A DNA stretch of 32,000 nucleotides, from contig NC_015931.1 in the NCBI RefSeq assembly GCF_000223395.1, forward strand, positions 900,001 through 932,000. Reading direction: 5' to 3'. This document shows, in pieces, positions 23,265 through 31,737 of the stretch (positions are counted from its first letter, which is position 1; each line of letters starts with the position of its first letter). The notes under the pieces are model-generated. The model searched no databases and was not told the DNA's origin. It worked only from the letters and a program-made list of their open reading frames with translations. Source of the stretch: Pyrolobus fumarii 1A. Its GTDB lineage: Archaea > Thermoproteota > Thermoprotei_A > Sulfolobales > Pyrodictiaceae. Made by a program: the position numbers and the translations under genes.

Positions 23265-23465
23265 GCTCTCTGCCCCTATGCGGCGTTCAATAGTATTCTA
23301 ACACGTTCGTTGCGATAAAAACGTATTTCCAAGGCTTGTGAACCTACGCGGTAAGAACCGTACTTAACGCGTAGTAGAAGCGATGTACCCTTGTAAACTG
23401 AACACTGGATTGTCGCCTAGTCTCGTTGGGACACCGCACATAATGTTTAAGTTTAAACCTTCTCC

Positions 23466-25346
23466 GTGAGCCTTGGGTACCGGTGCCCCACCCTGAGGAC
23501 TCTCCTGATACACGCTAGGCATTTCCACTATCGTGCGGTGAAACCCGCTCTAAAGGAGGGCTACGAGGAGCTTGATGGAGTAAAGGCTGAGGGTAGAGCC
23601 GAGAACGCCTTGGTCGTGTTCGTGACAGTCGAGGATATCGACAGGGAAAACCTTGATGACGTTGTCGAGCAGGTTGTGGAAGACGTGATCGACGTCGCTA
23701 GTAAGGTGAAGGCAGACGTCGTTGTCGTCTACCCCTATGCTCACTTGTCTAGCAGATTAGCGCCCCCGGATGTAGCTCTAGAGGCCCTAAGAAGGATGGA
23801 AGAGAGGCTGCGCCACCGTGGCATTAAAGTGATACGCGCGCCCTTCGGGTGGTACAAGGAATTCGAAGTCCATTGCTATGGTCACCCTCTGGCCGAGCTT
23901 TCGCGTGAGTTCCGCCCGCGTGCCTCTCGTGCAAGGCGTGTTGAGAAGAAGTTTGTGATTGTGACGCCCGATGGTGAGCAGTACGAGCCGGAAGAGTATG
24001 TGAAGCGTAGCGACATACCAGAGGACCTCAAGAGGCTTATCGAGAAAGAAGCGCTAGGAATCGAGATAGGCGAGGTTGAGACACCGGTAACGAGATACTG
24101 TAGGAAGTTCGGCTTCGAGTGGGAGCCCCTCTCAGACTATGGGCACATGAGGTACGAGCCACATGCCACCGTGATAATGGAGGCCGTTTCGCTCTACGCA
24201 TGGCGCGTTGCTCAGCGTCTCGGGATACCAGTGCTACGGATACGTGGCACAAACATGTTCGATCTCTCCGTGCCTCCGGTGCGCGAGCACGCAGAGCTAT
24301 TCGGCGATAGACTGTACGACCTTTGGGCTGACCGCAAGCATCTTGTGCTTCGGTATGCAGCGTGCCATCAGCAGTTTGCAATACTCAAAGATATGGTGCT
24401 TAGTTACCGCGACCTACCTCTAGGCATGTTCGAGATCGCGGACAGCTATCGATTCGAGCAGACTGGAGAGCTGACGCTATGCTTCCGCCTTAGAAAGTTC
24501 CACATGCCGGATCTACACATACTAGTACGTGACCTTGACGAGGCTGTCAAGGTATCCGAGCGTGTGCAGAAGGTCATACACGAGGAGGTTGCGAAGCTCG
24601 ACCGCAGATATGTCGCAGTCTACAACGTGACCAGTGACTTCTTCGAGGAGAGGTTCGATACGCTACGCGAACTGATAGCCAGGGATGGTAGACCAGCCCT
24701 CGTCACGATATACCCTGCCGGCATATACTACTGGGTTCTCAACGTAGAGTACCACATCGTAGATGTAGCGGGTAGGCCGCGAGAGATAGCAACCTACCAG
24801 TTTGACGTTGGTAACGCAAAGCGCTTTGGGATCAAATACGTTGACGAGAAGAACGAGGAGAGATACCCGGTGATAATACACACGGCGTTGATAGGTTCGG
24901 TTGAGCGCTACATCTACATGGTGTTTGATACGGCAGCTCAGATGGAGAAGAGAGGCAAGACGCCCTACATACCAACATGGATGGCGCCAATTCAAGTACG
25001 CATAATACCCGTGTCCAAGGAGCAACTGGACTACGCGCTGAGCATAGCTGAGATGCTAGACTCTCACGGCATAAGAGTTGATGTGGATGATCGCGACCTG
25101 TCGCTTGGCAGGAAGATTCGCGACGCTGGCCGAGAATGGGTGCCGTATATAGGCGTGGTTGGCGAGCGGGAGGTAAAGACCGGCACAATTAACGTCACCA
25201 TAAGACGTACCAATGAGAGGCGCGCTATGAGACCCGAGGAGCTGCTTAAAATGGTGGAAGATGAGGTCAGGGGGTACCCGCGCGTCGATAGAGCAACGCC
25301 GATGTTGCTTAGCAAGCGGCCGACACTAGTATACCTAGAGAAATAG
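23466..25346 (+). CDS. thrS: Threonyl-tRNA synthetase, full-length archaeal type with N-terminal editing domain
   Basis: The N-terminal LLIHARHFHYRAVKPAL...VVVYPYAHLSS matches the archaeal DTD-like editing domain. A class II catalytic core and an anticodon-binding domain follow. The start is uncertain: GTG at 23466, while conserved homology begins at a CTG codon at 23493. An A/T-rich promoter segment lies at 23439-23458. Confidence 0.9.
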   Translation: MSLGYRCPTLRTLLIHARHFHYRAVKPALKEGYEELDGVKAEGRAENALVVFVTVEDIDRENLDDVVEQVVEDVIDVASKVKADVVVVYPYAHLSSRLAPPDVALEALRRMEERLRHRGIKVIRAPFGWYKEFEVHCYGHPLAELSREFRPRASRARRVEKKFVIVTPDGEQYEPEEYVKRSDIPEDLKRLIEKEALGIEIGEVETPVTRYCRKFGFEWEPLSDYGHMRYEPHATVIMEAVSLYAWRVAQRLGIPVLRIRGTNMFDLSVPPVREHAELFGDRLYDLWADRKHLVLRYAACHQQFAILKDMVLSYRDLPLGMFEIADSYRFEQTGELTLCFRLRKFHMPDLHILVRDLDEAVKVSERVQKVIHEEVAKLDRRYVAVYNVTSDFFEERFDTLRELIARDGRPALVTIYPAGIYYWVLNVEYHIVDVAGRPREIATYQFDVGNAKRFGIKYVDEKNEERYPVIIHTALIGSVERYIYMVFDTAAQMEKRGKTPYIPTWMAPIQVRIIPVSKEQLDYALSIAEMLDSHGIRVDVDDRDLSLGRKIRDAGREWVPYIGVVGEREVKTGTINVTIRRTNERRAMRPEELLKMVEDEVRGYPRVDRATPMLLSKRPTLVYLEK

Positions 25347-25417
25347 GGCGGGCCTCGGCTCCGCTGAAGGCTCCTCATTTTATTCGGGCCAGGGGTTCAT
25401 CCCATCACGGGCCCGCC
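25347..25417 (-). ncRNA. Candidate k-turn / C/D-like RNA antisense to the glmS promoter
   Basis: A perfect 8-bp GC stem pairs GGCGGGCC (25347-25354) with GGCCCGCC (25410-25417). On the minus strand the stem is followed by C-GUGAUGG (C-box-like, 3-nt bulge then GA) and preceded by CCGA (D-like, GA abutting the stem). The 43-nt interior fits C/D dimensions, but the internal boxes (GCCC, AUGAGGA) are poor. Confidence 0.3.
25377..25384 (+). promoter_or_regulatory. TATA box (ATTTTATT) for glmS
   Basis: It lies 49 nt upstream of the GTG start. The predicted leader carries GGGGAGAGG 6 nt before the GTG. Confidence 0.45.
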
Positions 25418-25432
25418 GGGGAGAGGAAAACC

Positions 25433-27271
25433 GTGTGTGGAATCATAGGCGTCACGGTCTCGCCACAGTGTCAACAAAGAAATGCAGTACCCCTGCTGCT
25501 CGAGGGTCTCAAGAGGCTCGAGTATCGTGGGTATGATAGTGCAGGAGTGGCGCTAATCATGTGTAGCAATTCATCTTGTGACGTGAAGGTCTACAAGGCT
25601 AAGGGTAAGGTCGACGAGGTTATCGAAAGGTTCTCGCTCCGAGAAAAGTATAGTTTAACGTGTCTAGGTCACACGCGTTGGGCTACGCACGGACCACCTT
25701 CTGACACTAATGCACACCCTCATGTGGATTGTAGAGGATACATAGCAGTCGTGCATAACGGGATAATCAAGAACTATGCAATGCTTAAACAAGTTCTATC
25801 TGAGCATGGGCACCGGTTTCGCAGTGAGACCGACACTGAGGTGGTCGCGCATCTTCTTGAGGAGTTTCTGCGCGAAGGCCTAGGCATGCTGGAAGCTATG
25901 CGCAAGCTACTAGAGGTTCTTGAGGGTAGCTTTGCGCTAGCTGTGTTGTATTCTGGTACACCTAACCGGGTGTACTTTGCGCGAAGAGAAAGCCCATTGT
26001 ACGCGGCTGTAGGGGATTGCATTTCTGCAGTGTCGAGTGATATACCATCACTATTGCACATTTCGAGGCTAGTGGTGCCAATAGAGGATGACGAGTATGG
26101 GTATGTAGAGCCTGGTCACCTGAGCCTCTATGATAGGAGGGGAGAGCCGGTAGACTGGAGGCGGCGTGCAAAGATAGTAACGTGGAGTATTGAGGAAGCG
26201 AGCAAAGGTGGATACCCGCACTACATGTTAAAGGAGATATTCGAGCAGCCCAGGGCGCTCTACGAGACGCTGATAGGTTTAATCGAGGATCCTGCACTGG
26301 AGGAGGCTGCCGAGCTACTTGTGAACGCGCGTAGAGTTTTCGTGACTGGCGCGGGCACAAGCTATCACGCCACTCTAGTCTTCAAGCATTACATTACTGG
26401 GATGGCAGGAATTGTACCCATTGATTTCATTGCCTCAGAGCACCCCGAGTACATGGCTGCGGTGAGTCATGAAGACGTTCTCATAGCTGTTAGTCAGAGC
26501 GGTGAGACAACAGACACGTTGCAAGCGGTGCGTGAGGCCAAGAAGCGGGGTGTCAAGATAATAGCTGTCACGAACGTCATTGGAAGCACGTTATCAAGGC
26601 TAGCAGACGTCACACTCTATACGCGTGCTGGCCCGGAAATCGGTGTTGCCGCGACAAAGACCTTCCTTACTCAAGTGTTGACTTTACAGCTTCTAGCGGC
26701 ACGTGTGGCATGCAAACTCGGTGTTATAGATAAGAGCGATTTCGAGTCTATTGTTGAGAAGCTTAGCTCGGCACGCGAAGCAGCGCGCAGTGCCGAGAGA
26801 CTGAATCCTCACATTAAGGCACTAGCCGTTATACTATCCAAGGCACAAAGCATGTTCGTGCTTGGAAGGCTACTGGGTGCACACCTGGCTAGAGAAGCGG
26901 CCTTAAAGATAAAAGAAATATCATATGTGCATGCCGAGGCCTACCCTGCAGGCGAGAGTAAGCACGGGCCAATAGCTCTTGTTGAGGAGGGGTTCCCGGT
27001 TATATTCGTGGGTACACCTGGTGTTGAGAAGAAACTCTACTCTAACATGGAGGAGATGAAAGCGCGTGGTGCCAAAGTGATAGTAGTTGGTGTCGATAGT
27101 TACGAGGATGCGCCAGCAGATTACAAGGTGCTAGTAGGGTCATATGATGAGACGCTCGCACCCTATGCTATTATGCCGCCGCTCCAGTTGCTAGCGTATC
27201 ACATGGCGGTGATGTTGGGCTATGACCCAGACAAGCCGAGGAACCTCGCAAAGACAGTTACCGTGGAGTAG
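25433..27271 (+). CDS. glmS: Glutamine--fructose-6-phosphate aminotransferase (isomerising)
   Basis: The N-terminal M-CGIIG identifies a class II amidotransferase nucleophile Cys. Two SIS domains follow, and the protein ends in the typical KTVTVE. Confidence 0.95.
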   Translation: MCGIIGVTVSPQCQQRNAVPLLLEGLKRLEYRGYDSAGVALIMCSNSSCDVKVYKAKGKVDEVIERFSLREKYSLTCLGHTRWATHGPPSDTNAHPHVDCRGYIAVVHNGIIKNYAMLKQVLSEHGHRFRSETDTEVVAHLLEEFLREGLGMLEAMRKLLEVLEGSFALAVLYSGTPNRVYFARRESPLYAAVGDCISAVSSDIPSLLHISRLVVPIEDDEYGYVEPGHLSLYDRRGEPVDWRRRAKIVTWSIEEASKGGYPHYMLKEIFEQPRALYETLIGLIEDPALEEAAELLVNARRVFVTGAGTSYHATLVFKHYITGMAGIVPIDFIASEHPEYMAAVSHEDVLIAVSQSGETTDTLQAVREAKKRGVKIIAVTNVIGSTLSRLADVTLYTRAGPEIGVAATKTFLTQVLTLQLLAARVACKLGVIDKSDFESIVEKLSSAREAARSAERLNPHIKALAVILSKAQSMFVLGRLLGAHLAREAALKIKEISYVHAEAYPAGESKHGPIALVEEGFPVIFVGTPGVEKKLYSNMEEMKARGAKVIVVGVDSYEDAPADYKVLVGSYDETLAPYAIMPPLQLLAYHMAVMLGYDPDKPRNLAKTVTVE

Positions 27272-27288
27272 ACTGTAAGGTGATAAAG

Positions 27289-28341
27289 ATGTATGACAAG
27301 AGGGATGTTATAATAGTCGTTGTAAACTCGCGTGGGGCGAACTCTGCCAGCATAGTGAGCAGTGGCAACCCCCTCGATGTTAGAGTGGCGTGTAGACCTC
27401 TACGTGAACACTTAAAGGAGGCGGCAGGACAAGTAGCTAGTAACATCGTCTTTGTTGACGATCTCGTAGAGGCTCGTAAGGCTATACATGATGCTGAGCA
27501 GGCAGGTATTGTCCTGCTGGTTGACGGGTTGAGTGGCTTCACAAATCCTAAGCGAGCATTTGAAGATGCTCTGGAATCGTATATCGCAGCTACCAGTGAT
27601 GTTGTCGTGCTAGCGACTAAGCCCTATGCTGAAAGAGGTGTACGCGTAGCCACAAGGGGCTCAACGTTAGTTGAGGCTGGTGTTGGTAGTGAGGCGTTTG
27701 CTGGTGTAGTGGCAGGGAAAAGAGAGAAACTACTAGACGCGCTAAACAGAGCAAGAAGCTGGATCGAGGTTCTCAATGCGCTCCATGAAGCCAATGTAGT
27801 CTACTGGAGCGAGCCCTGGATACGTCTCGAGACACCATACGACATACTACTGTATAACATGCTTGTCCTTCAGGAGCTGCGTGAGGCACGGATAGCAGCT
27901 AATGCCGAGATAAGCCCCACGGCTGTAATAGAAGGACCTGTTGTAATCGAGGAGCGTGCACGGATAGATCACTATGCGGTTATCAAGGGCCCGGCTATGA
28001 TTTGTAAAGACGCCTTCGTAGGGTTGCATGCAACTGTAAGACAGTACTCAGTGTTAGAAGAGAATGCGCGAGTAGACGCGTATAGCGAGGTATACGTTAC
28101 TAGTCTCCAGCGTGGTGCAACTCTCTCCTCGCACACGTATCTAACGGGTAGCATTGTTGGCGAGGCGGCAAAAGTAGAGCCGTTCGTCGTCACTAAAGTA
28201 TTGTACGAGCGTGAGGCCGCGGAAAAACTCGGTATAATCGCGCCATTTACGCCAGAGACACGCGCAGGTGCAGTCATCTACGCTGGTGCTAGAGTACCGG
28301 CAGGTACGGTGCTCGAGCCACTCGCGCACATAAAACCCTGA
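27289..28341 (+). CDS. Sugar-nucleotidyltransferase-like domain + left-handed beta-helix protein (GlmU / COG1208-like paralog)
   Basis: The C-terminal half shows hexapeptide-repeat periodicity (ISPTAVIEGPVVIEERARIDHYAVIKGPAMICKDAFVG...). The linker YWSEPWIRLETPYDIL resembles the W.D.G.PWD junction of archaeal GlmU-like enzymes. The N-terminal loop is VVVNSRGANSAS rather than the LAAG.G.RL consensus. I prefer the ATG at 27289, with AGGTGA 5 nt upstream, over the GTG at 27280. Confidence 0.65.
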   Translation: MYDKRDVIIVVVNSRGANSASIVSSGNPLDVRVACRPLREHLKEAAGQVASNIVFVDDLVEARKAIHDAEQAGIVLLVDGLSGFTNPKRAFEDALESYIAATSDVVVLATKPYAERGVRVATRGSTLVEAGVGSEAFAGVVAGKREKLLDALNRARSWIEVLNALHEANVVYWSEPWIRLETPYDILLYNMLVLQELREARIAANAEISPTAVIEGPVVIEERARIDHYAVIKGPAMICKDAFVGLHATVRQYSVLEENARVDAYSEVYVTSLQRGATLSSHTYLTGSIVGEAAKVEPFVVTKVLYEREAAEKLGIIAPFTPETRAGAVIYAGARVPAGTVLEPLAHIKP

Positions 28342-28353
28342 GTATAAACGAGG

Positions 28354-28372
28354 AGAGGTGTTGGTCACCTCT
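28354..28372. terminator. Hairpin between convergent genes (AGAGGUG-UUGGU-CACCUCU)
   Basis: This 7-bp stem with a 5-nt loop lies in the 23-nt gap between the NT/LbH gene and alaS. It spans the alaS stop codon and is followed by a short T run on the plus strand. Confidence 0.3.
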
Positions 28373-31115
28373 TTATCATTGATACTAGCCTCTCGGCCAG
28401 CTTTTCTATAAGCTCTTTAGCCTTCTCCTCGTTATCTGCGGGTATAATGCCAGATGCAATGCTACCACGACCACCGCCCTTACCGCCGAGTTCTCTCAGC
28501 ACCTTAGCCACCGGCCTTAGGTCGATATCCTTCCTACGCGTGGCTATCTGGACACGATAACCACTCTTGGATGGCCATGCGACAATAGCTATAGCGTCTC
28601 CCTCTTCCAGCTTCTCCAGGACATCCATTGCAAGTTTGTCATCGCTCACCGGCACTACAACCAGCCTTAAGACTATGCTGTCGAGCCTCTTCTCTGCGGC
28701 TGTGCTGCTCAGCGCCTTGGCTAGCATCCTCCTATACTCGCCTAGCATGCGTTTAGCCTCTTCGTGCTCCTCTACGAGCTTAGCAAGTCTAGTGTTCAAC
28801 TCTGCTATGCTACGCCCACCCAGCTTTTCGACAGCCTTCATAATCGTATCCTCAAGGTTTGAAGCATACTCGGCTACACGGTCACCGGCAACGTATTCTA
28901 GTCGTACGACGCCGTCTTGGATACGCTCCACATTGATTATCTTGAATGCACCGACCTCACCAGTGTTGGACAGGTGAGTGCCGAAGCATGCCTCCACATC
29001 CCAATCCTCGATTTCGACTATCCTGAGTTTAGGCGAAGGCGGTACACCGCCTTGGAATATACGATAACCGTACTTCTCAACAGCCTCGTTCCACTCCATG
29101 AGCCTAGCTTTCACGGGCCTCCTCTCGCGGATGACACGGTTAACCATCTCTTCAAGCTCTTTGACCTCTTCGCGGCTCAAGGGCTTGTAGTGTGTTATGT
29201 CTAGCCTGCCCTTCTCGGGGGTCTTCTCCGCACCAGCTTGCCATACATGGTCGCCTAGTAGTCTTCTAGCCGCTGCAAGGAGAATGTGAGTCGCTGTGTG
29301 GTGTCTCATCATCCTGTATCTTCTCTCCCAGTCTATAATGCCGAGGACCTTCTTGCCTACACAGTTGGACGGCAAGGGCGGCTCGACAATATGCACGATT
29401 ACACCCTTATCGGTCTTCTCAACACCCTTAACGTGGTACTCGCGCCCATCACAGTATATCGTGCCCGTGTCGTGTAACTGGCCGCCTCCCGTTGGATAGA
29501 AGGCGGTTGCGTCAAGAACAACATAGTTGCCATTCACGCCCAGTACGATAGCCTCAAACCGCCTCATGTAAGGATCCTCGTGGAATAGTCGACGCGTCTC
29601 CGGGAACCCATCGGCCCACTCAACTACCTCGCGAGGTAGCCTGGTCTTCTCTACCTCCCTGGCTACGCCTCCCCTAGCACCGTGGCGCTCTGCAACCTTA
29701 GCATAGAAGTCGTGCGGCACACTTACTGCGACGCCGCGTTTTGCTGCAACACCGGCCACGATATCCGGCGGTATGCCGTGACTATCGTACAGCAGTATAA
29801 GGTCGTCAAGCGATAGGCTACGCTTCTTAGCTAACATCTTCTCCACGATCTTCTCCGCATTTGTGAGTATCTTGCGGTACTTCTCCTCCTCTAACCCGGT
29901 CACTTCCAGGATGTAACTGCTCCTCTCCACATACTGAGGGTAGAGGTCGCGCCAGTATCTCAGCTGACGCTCGACAAGATCTACGAGACTCGCATCCGAG
30001 CCTAGCAGCGCGAGGAGCCTTACAGCGCGGCGTATAACTAGCCTGGCTAGGTACCCCTCACCGCTATTAGACGGTACTATACCATCGCCAAGCATCCACA
30101 TAATGGTTCTCGTGTGGTCTAGGAGAGCATAGACTCTAGCCGCCTTTTCCAGCTCCGCTTTCACCCAATCAACGTCAGCGCCGAGCGCGGATGCAATCTT
30201 CTCATAGTATGCTTTGATGCTCTCGGGTGACTCTGGGTCTAGGTAGCCAGCCAGCCTCGCAGCGCTCCATAATAGTTTCTCTTCGGGCTCATCAACGCCT
30301 ATCACCTTGAAGAACTCTGGAACAAGCTCGCGGTATATGGCGTGGAAGGCTGTAGGTGCACGCCTATTGCTAAACCACGTTATCCTCTCCAGGCCGTAGC
30401 CAGTGTCGACAACCCTCAACGGCATCTCTACATATTTGCCGTCCCTAACCTCGTACTGCATGAAGACTAGCGTGGCAAGCTCCAGACCGCCTACAGTCAC
30501 CTCGAAGCTCGGTCCAGCGTTGCCGCCACCCTCCCACCACGACTCCTTGAATACAATCTCCTCTTCGGGAATCCCCAGCTCTTTAGTGAAGAACTCAAAA
30601 GCATACTCTACCGTCTCGTCCTTCCAGTAAACGTGCTTATCGGGGTAGTTAAACGCGTGATGACCACCCATAGTGAAGCCGGTGAGGTGCCTACCAACAG
30701 TGAGACCAACGTGATCTATATCCTCAAGGCGTATACACGGTTGTGCTATCACGAGTGGATTCGCGGGTGGCGGCACAAGACCGCTAGTAACGTGAGGCTG
30801 AAACACAACTATACTCGCTATTGTGAGGTAGAGATCCTCCCTCCATCTCGCAACAACAGGTCTAGGTGGTATGATAGTGTGGCCGTGCCTCTCGAAGAAC
30901 CGCAAGAACTTCTCGATAGCCTCGCGTAGCGTCAGCTCCGGCACGCTCCTGGGTATATCCCAGAATCGATACTCCTCACAGGGTGCGTCGCCGCACGTCT
31001 CCCTCTCACTACTGAGCGTCCAGAAGTACTCGTTGCAAACCTTGCACTGCTTACGGTGGAAACCGCGCTCCTTGAAGAACTTCAGCCTATAGACACTCGG
31101 GTCTACGCGGGTCAA
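28365..31115 (-). CDS. alaS: Alanyl-tRNA synthetase
   Basis: This 916-aa protein has an archaeal AlaRS N-terminus (FFKERGFHRKQCKVCNEYFW). The editing-domain zinc motifs are HHTATH and CFGTH. The C-terminus is DHHA1-like. It starts at TTG. Confidence 0.95.
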   Translation of the reverse strand: MTRVDPSVYRLKFFKERGFHRKQCKVCNEYFWTLSSERETCGDAPCEEYRFWDIPRSVPELTLREAIEKFLRFFERHGHTIIPPRPVVARWREDLYLTIASIVVFQPHVTSGLVPPPANPLVIAQPCIRLEDIDHVGLTVGRHLTGFTMGGHHAFNYPDKHVYWKDETVEYAFEFFTKELGIPEEEIVFKESWWEGGGNAGPSFEVTVGGLELATLVFMQYEVRDGKYVEMPLRVVDTGYGLERITWFSNRRAPTAFHAIYRELVPEFFKVIGVDEPEEKLLWSAARLAGYLDPESPESIKAYYEKIASALGADVDWVKAELEKAARVYALLDHTRTIMWMLGDGIVPSNSGEGYLARLVIRRAVRLLALLGSDASLVDLVERQLRYWRDLYPQYVERSSYILEVTGLEEEKYRKILTNAEKIVEKMLAKKRSLSLDDLILLYDSHGIPPDIVAGVAAKRGVAVSVPHDFYAKVAERHGARGGVAREVEKTRLPREVVEWADGFPETRRLFHEDPYMRRFEAIVLGVNGNYVVLDATAFYPTGGGQLHDTGTIYCDGREYHVKGVEKTDKGVIVHIVEPPLPSNCVGKKVLGIIDWERRYRMMRHHTATHILLAAARRLLGDHVWQAGAEKTPEKGRLDITHYKPLSREEVKELEEMVNRVIRERRPVKARLMEWNEAVEKYGYRIFQGGVPPSPKLRIVEIEDWDVEACFGTHLSNTGEVGAFKIINVERIQDGVVRLEYVAGDRVAEYASNLEDTIMKAVEKLGGRSIAELNTRLAKLVEEHEEAKRMLGEYRRMLAKALSSTAAEKRLDSIVLRLVVVPVSDDKLAMDVLEKLEEGDAIAIVAWPSKSGYRVQIATRRKDIDLRPVAKVLRELGGKGGGRGSIASGIIPADNEEKAKELIEKLAERLVSMIKR

Positions 31116-31205
31116 CCACGATCACCTTACCGGCCCAACAGGGGGAGCAGCATAACGACCTATACTCTTTAGGCTCTGCATAGTGATGGGCGCTAGAGCC
31201 CCTAG

Positions 31206-31213
31206 CTTTAAAG
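31206..31213 (+). promoter_or_regulatory. TATA box (CTTTAAAG) for the rpl39e-rpl31e-aIF6 cluster
   Basis: It lies 37-44 nt upstream of the rpl39e ATG, in the divergent alaS/rpl39e spacer. Confidence 0.45.
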
Positions 31214-31249
31214 GCTGTCTGTGCTTTCTGGCAGTGCCGGGGGACGATA

Positions 31250-31405
31250 ATGGCGCGGAACAAGCCTCTTGCTAGGAAGCTGAGGCTTGCCAAGGCGTAC
31301 AAGAGTAACAGCCCGGTGCCAGTATGGGTTATCGTGAAGACGAACCGTAGATTTACAACCCATCCGAAGCGGAGGCACTGGAGGAGGAACTGGATAAAGG
31401 CGTGA
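31250..31405 (+). CDS. rpl39e: Ribosomal protein eL39 (L39e)
   Basis: My own translation gives a 51-aa ORF, below the ORF-track cutoff: [51 protein letters not shown]. This is the typical L39e pattern. Confidence 0.85.
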   Translation: MARNKPLARKLRLAKAYKSNSPVPVWVIVKTNRRFTTHPKRRHWRRNWIKA

Positions 31406-31406
31406 G

Positions 31407-31694
31407 GTGAGCGCGGTGCCCAAGGAGAAGAAGGAGATGGTCTACGTTATCCCCCTTAAGCGTGTCTACTGGGGTAGGAGGACTAACCGTGCGGCGCGTG
31501 CTGTAAAACTAGTTAGGCAGTTTGTGGCTCGCCACTTCGGCGTTGAGCCCGAGAAGGTGTGGATAAGTAACGAGGTTAACGAGTACATCTGGCAGTTTAG
31601 CATCGAGAAGCCGCCGAGGCGCGTCAAGGTATACGTCGTTAAGGACGAGGAGGCTGGCTTAGTGAGGGTATACCTGGCTAGGAAGCAGGACTAA
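31407..31694 (+). CDS. rpl31e: Ribosomal protein eL31 (L31e)
   Basis: VIPLKRVYWGRRTNRAARAVKLVRQFVARHF is L31e-like. It lies immediately after rpl39e. The start is GTG at 31407, GTG at 31416 or ATG at 31437. Confidence 0.85.
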   Translation: MSAVPKEKKEMVYVIPLKRVYWGRRTNRAARAVKLVRQFVARHFGVEPEKVWISNEVNEYIWQFSIEKPPRRVKVYVVKDEEAGLVRVYLARKQD

Positions 31695-31697
31695 CCG

Positions 31698-31702
31698 TTT
31701 TT
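31698..31702 (+). terminator. T5 tract 3 nt after the rpl31e stop
   Basis: CCGTTTTTCC follows directly downstream of the TAA, giving an oligo-T signal of the archaeal terminator type. Confidence 0.35.
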
Positions 31703-31737
31703 CCCTAGGCGCGGGAAGCTGCCGGGGGCTACGGATT

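Noticed and set aside
27144-27175. C-box-like heptamers inside coding regions. Examples are ATGATGA at 27144 and minus-strand GTGATGA motifs within gatD, rgy and the HIT gene.
   Set aside because: None is followed by CUGA at the 12-nt guide distance, and none has a matching C'/D set or terminal stem. They are expected by chance in 32 kb of coding sequence.
31172-31200. Hairpin GGCTCT...AGAGCC containing GTGATGG in the alaS/rpl39e spacer, as a possible k-turn or C/D RNA.
   Set aside because: There is no CUGA or other GA-containing D box within range. GA is not positioned next to the stem on either strand, so k-turn geometry is absent.
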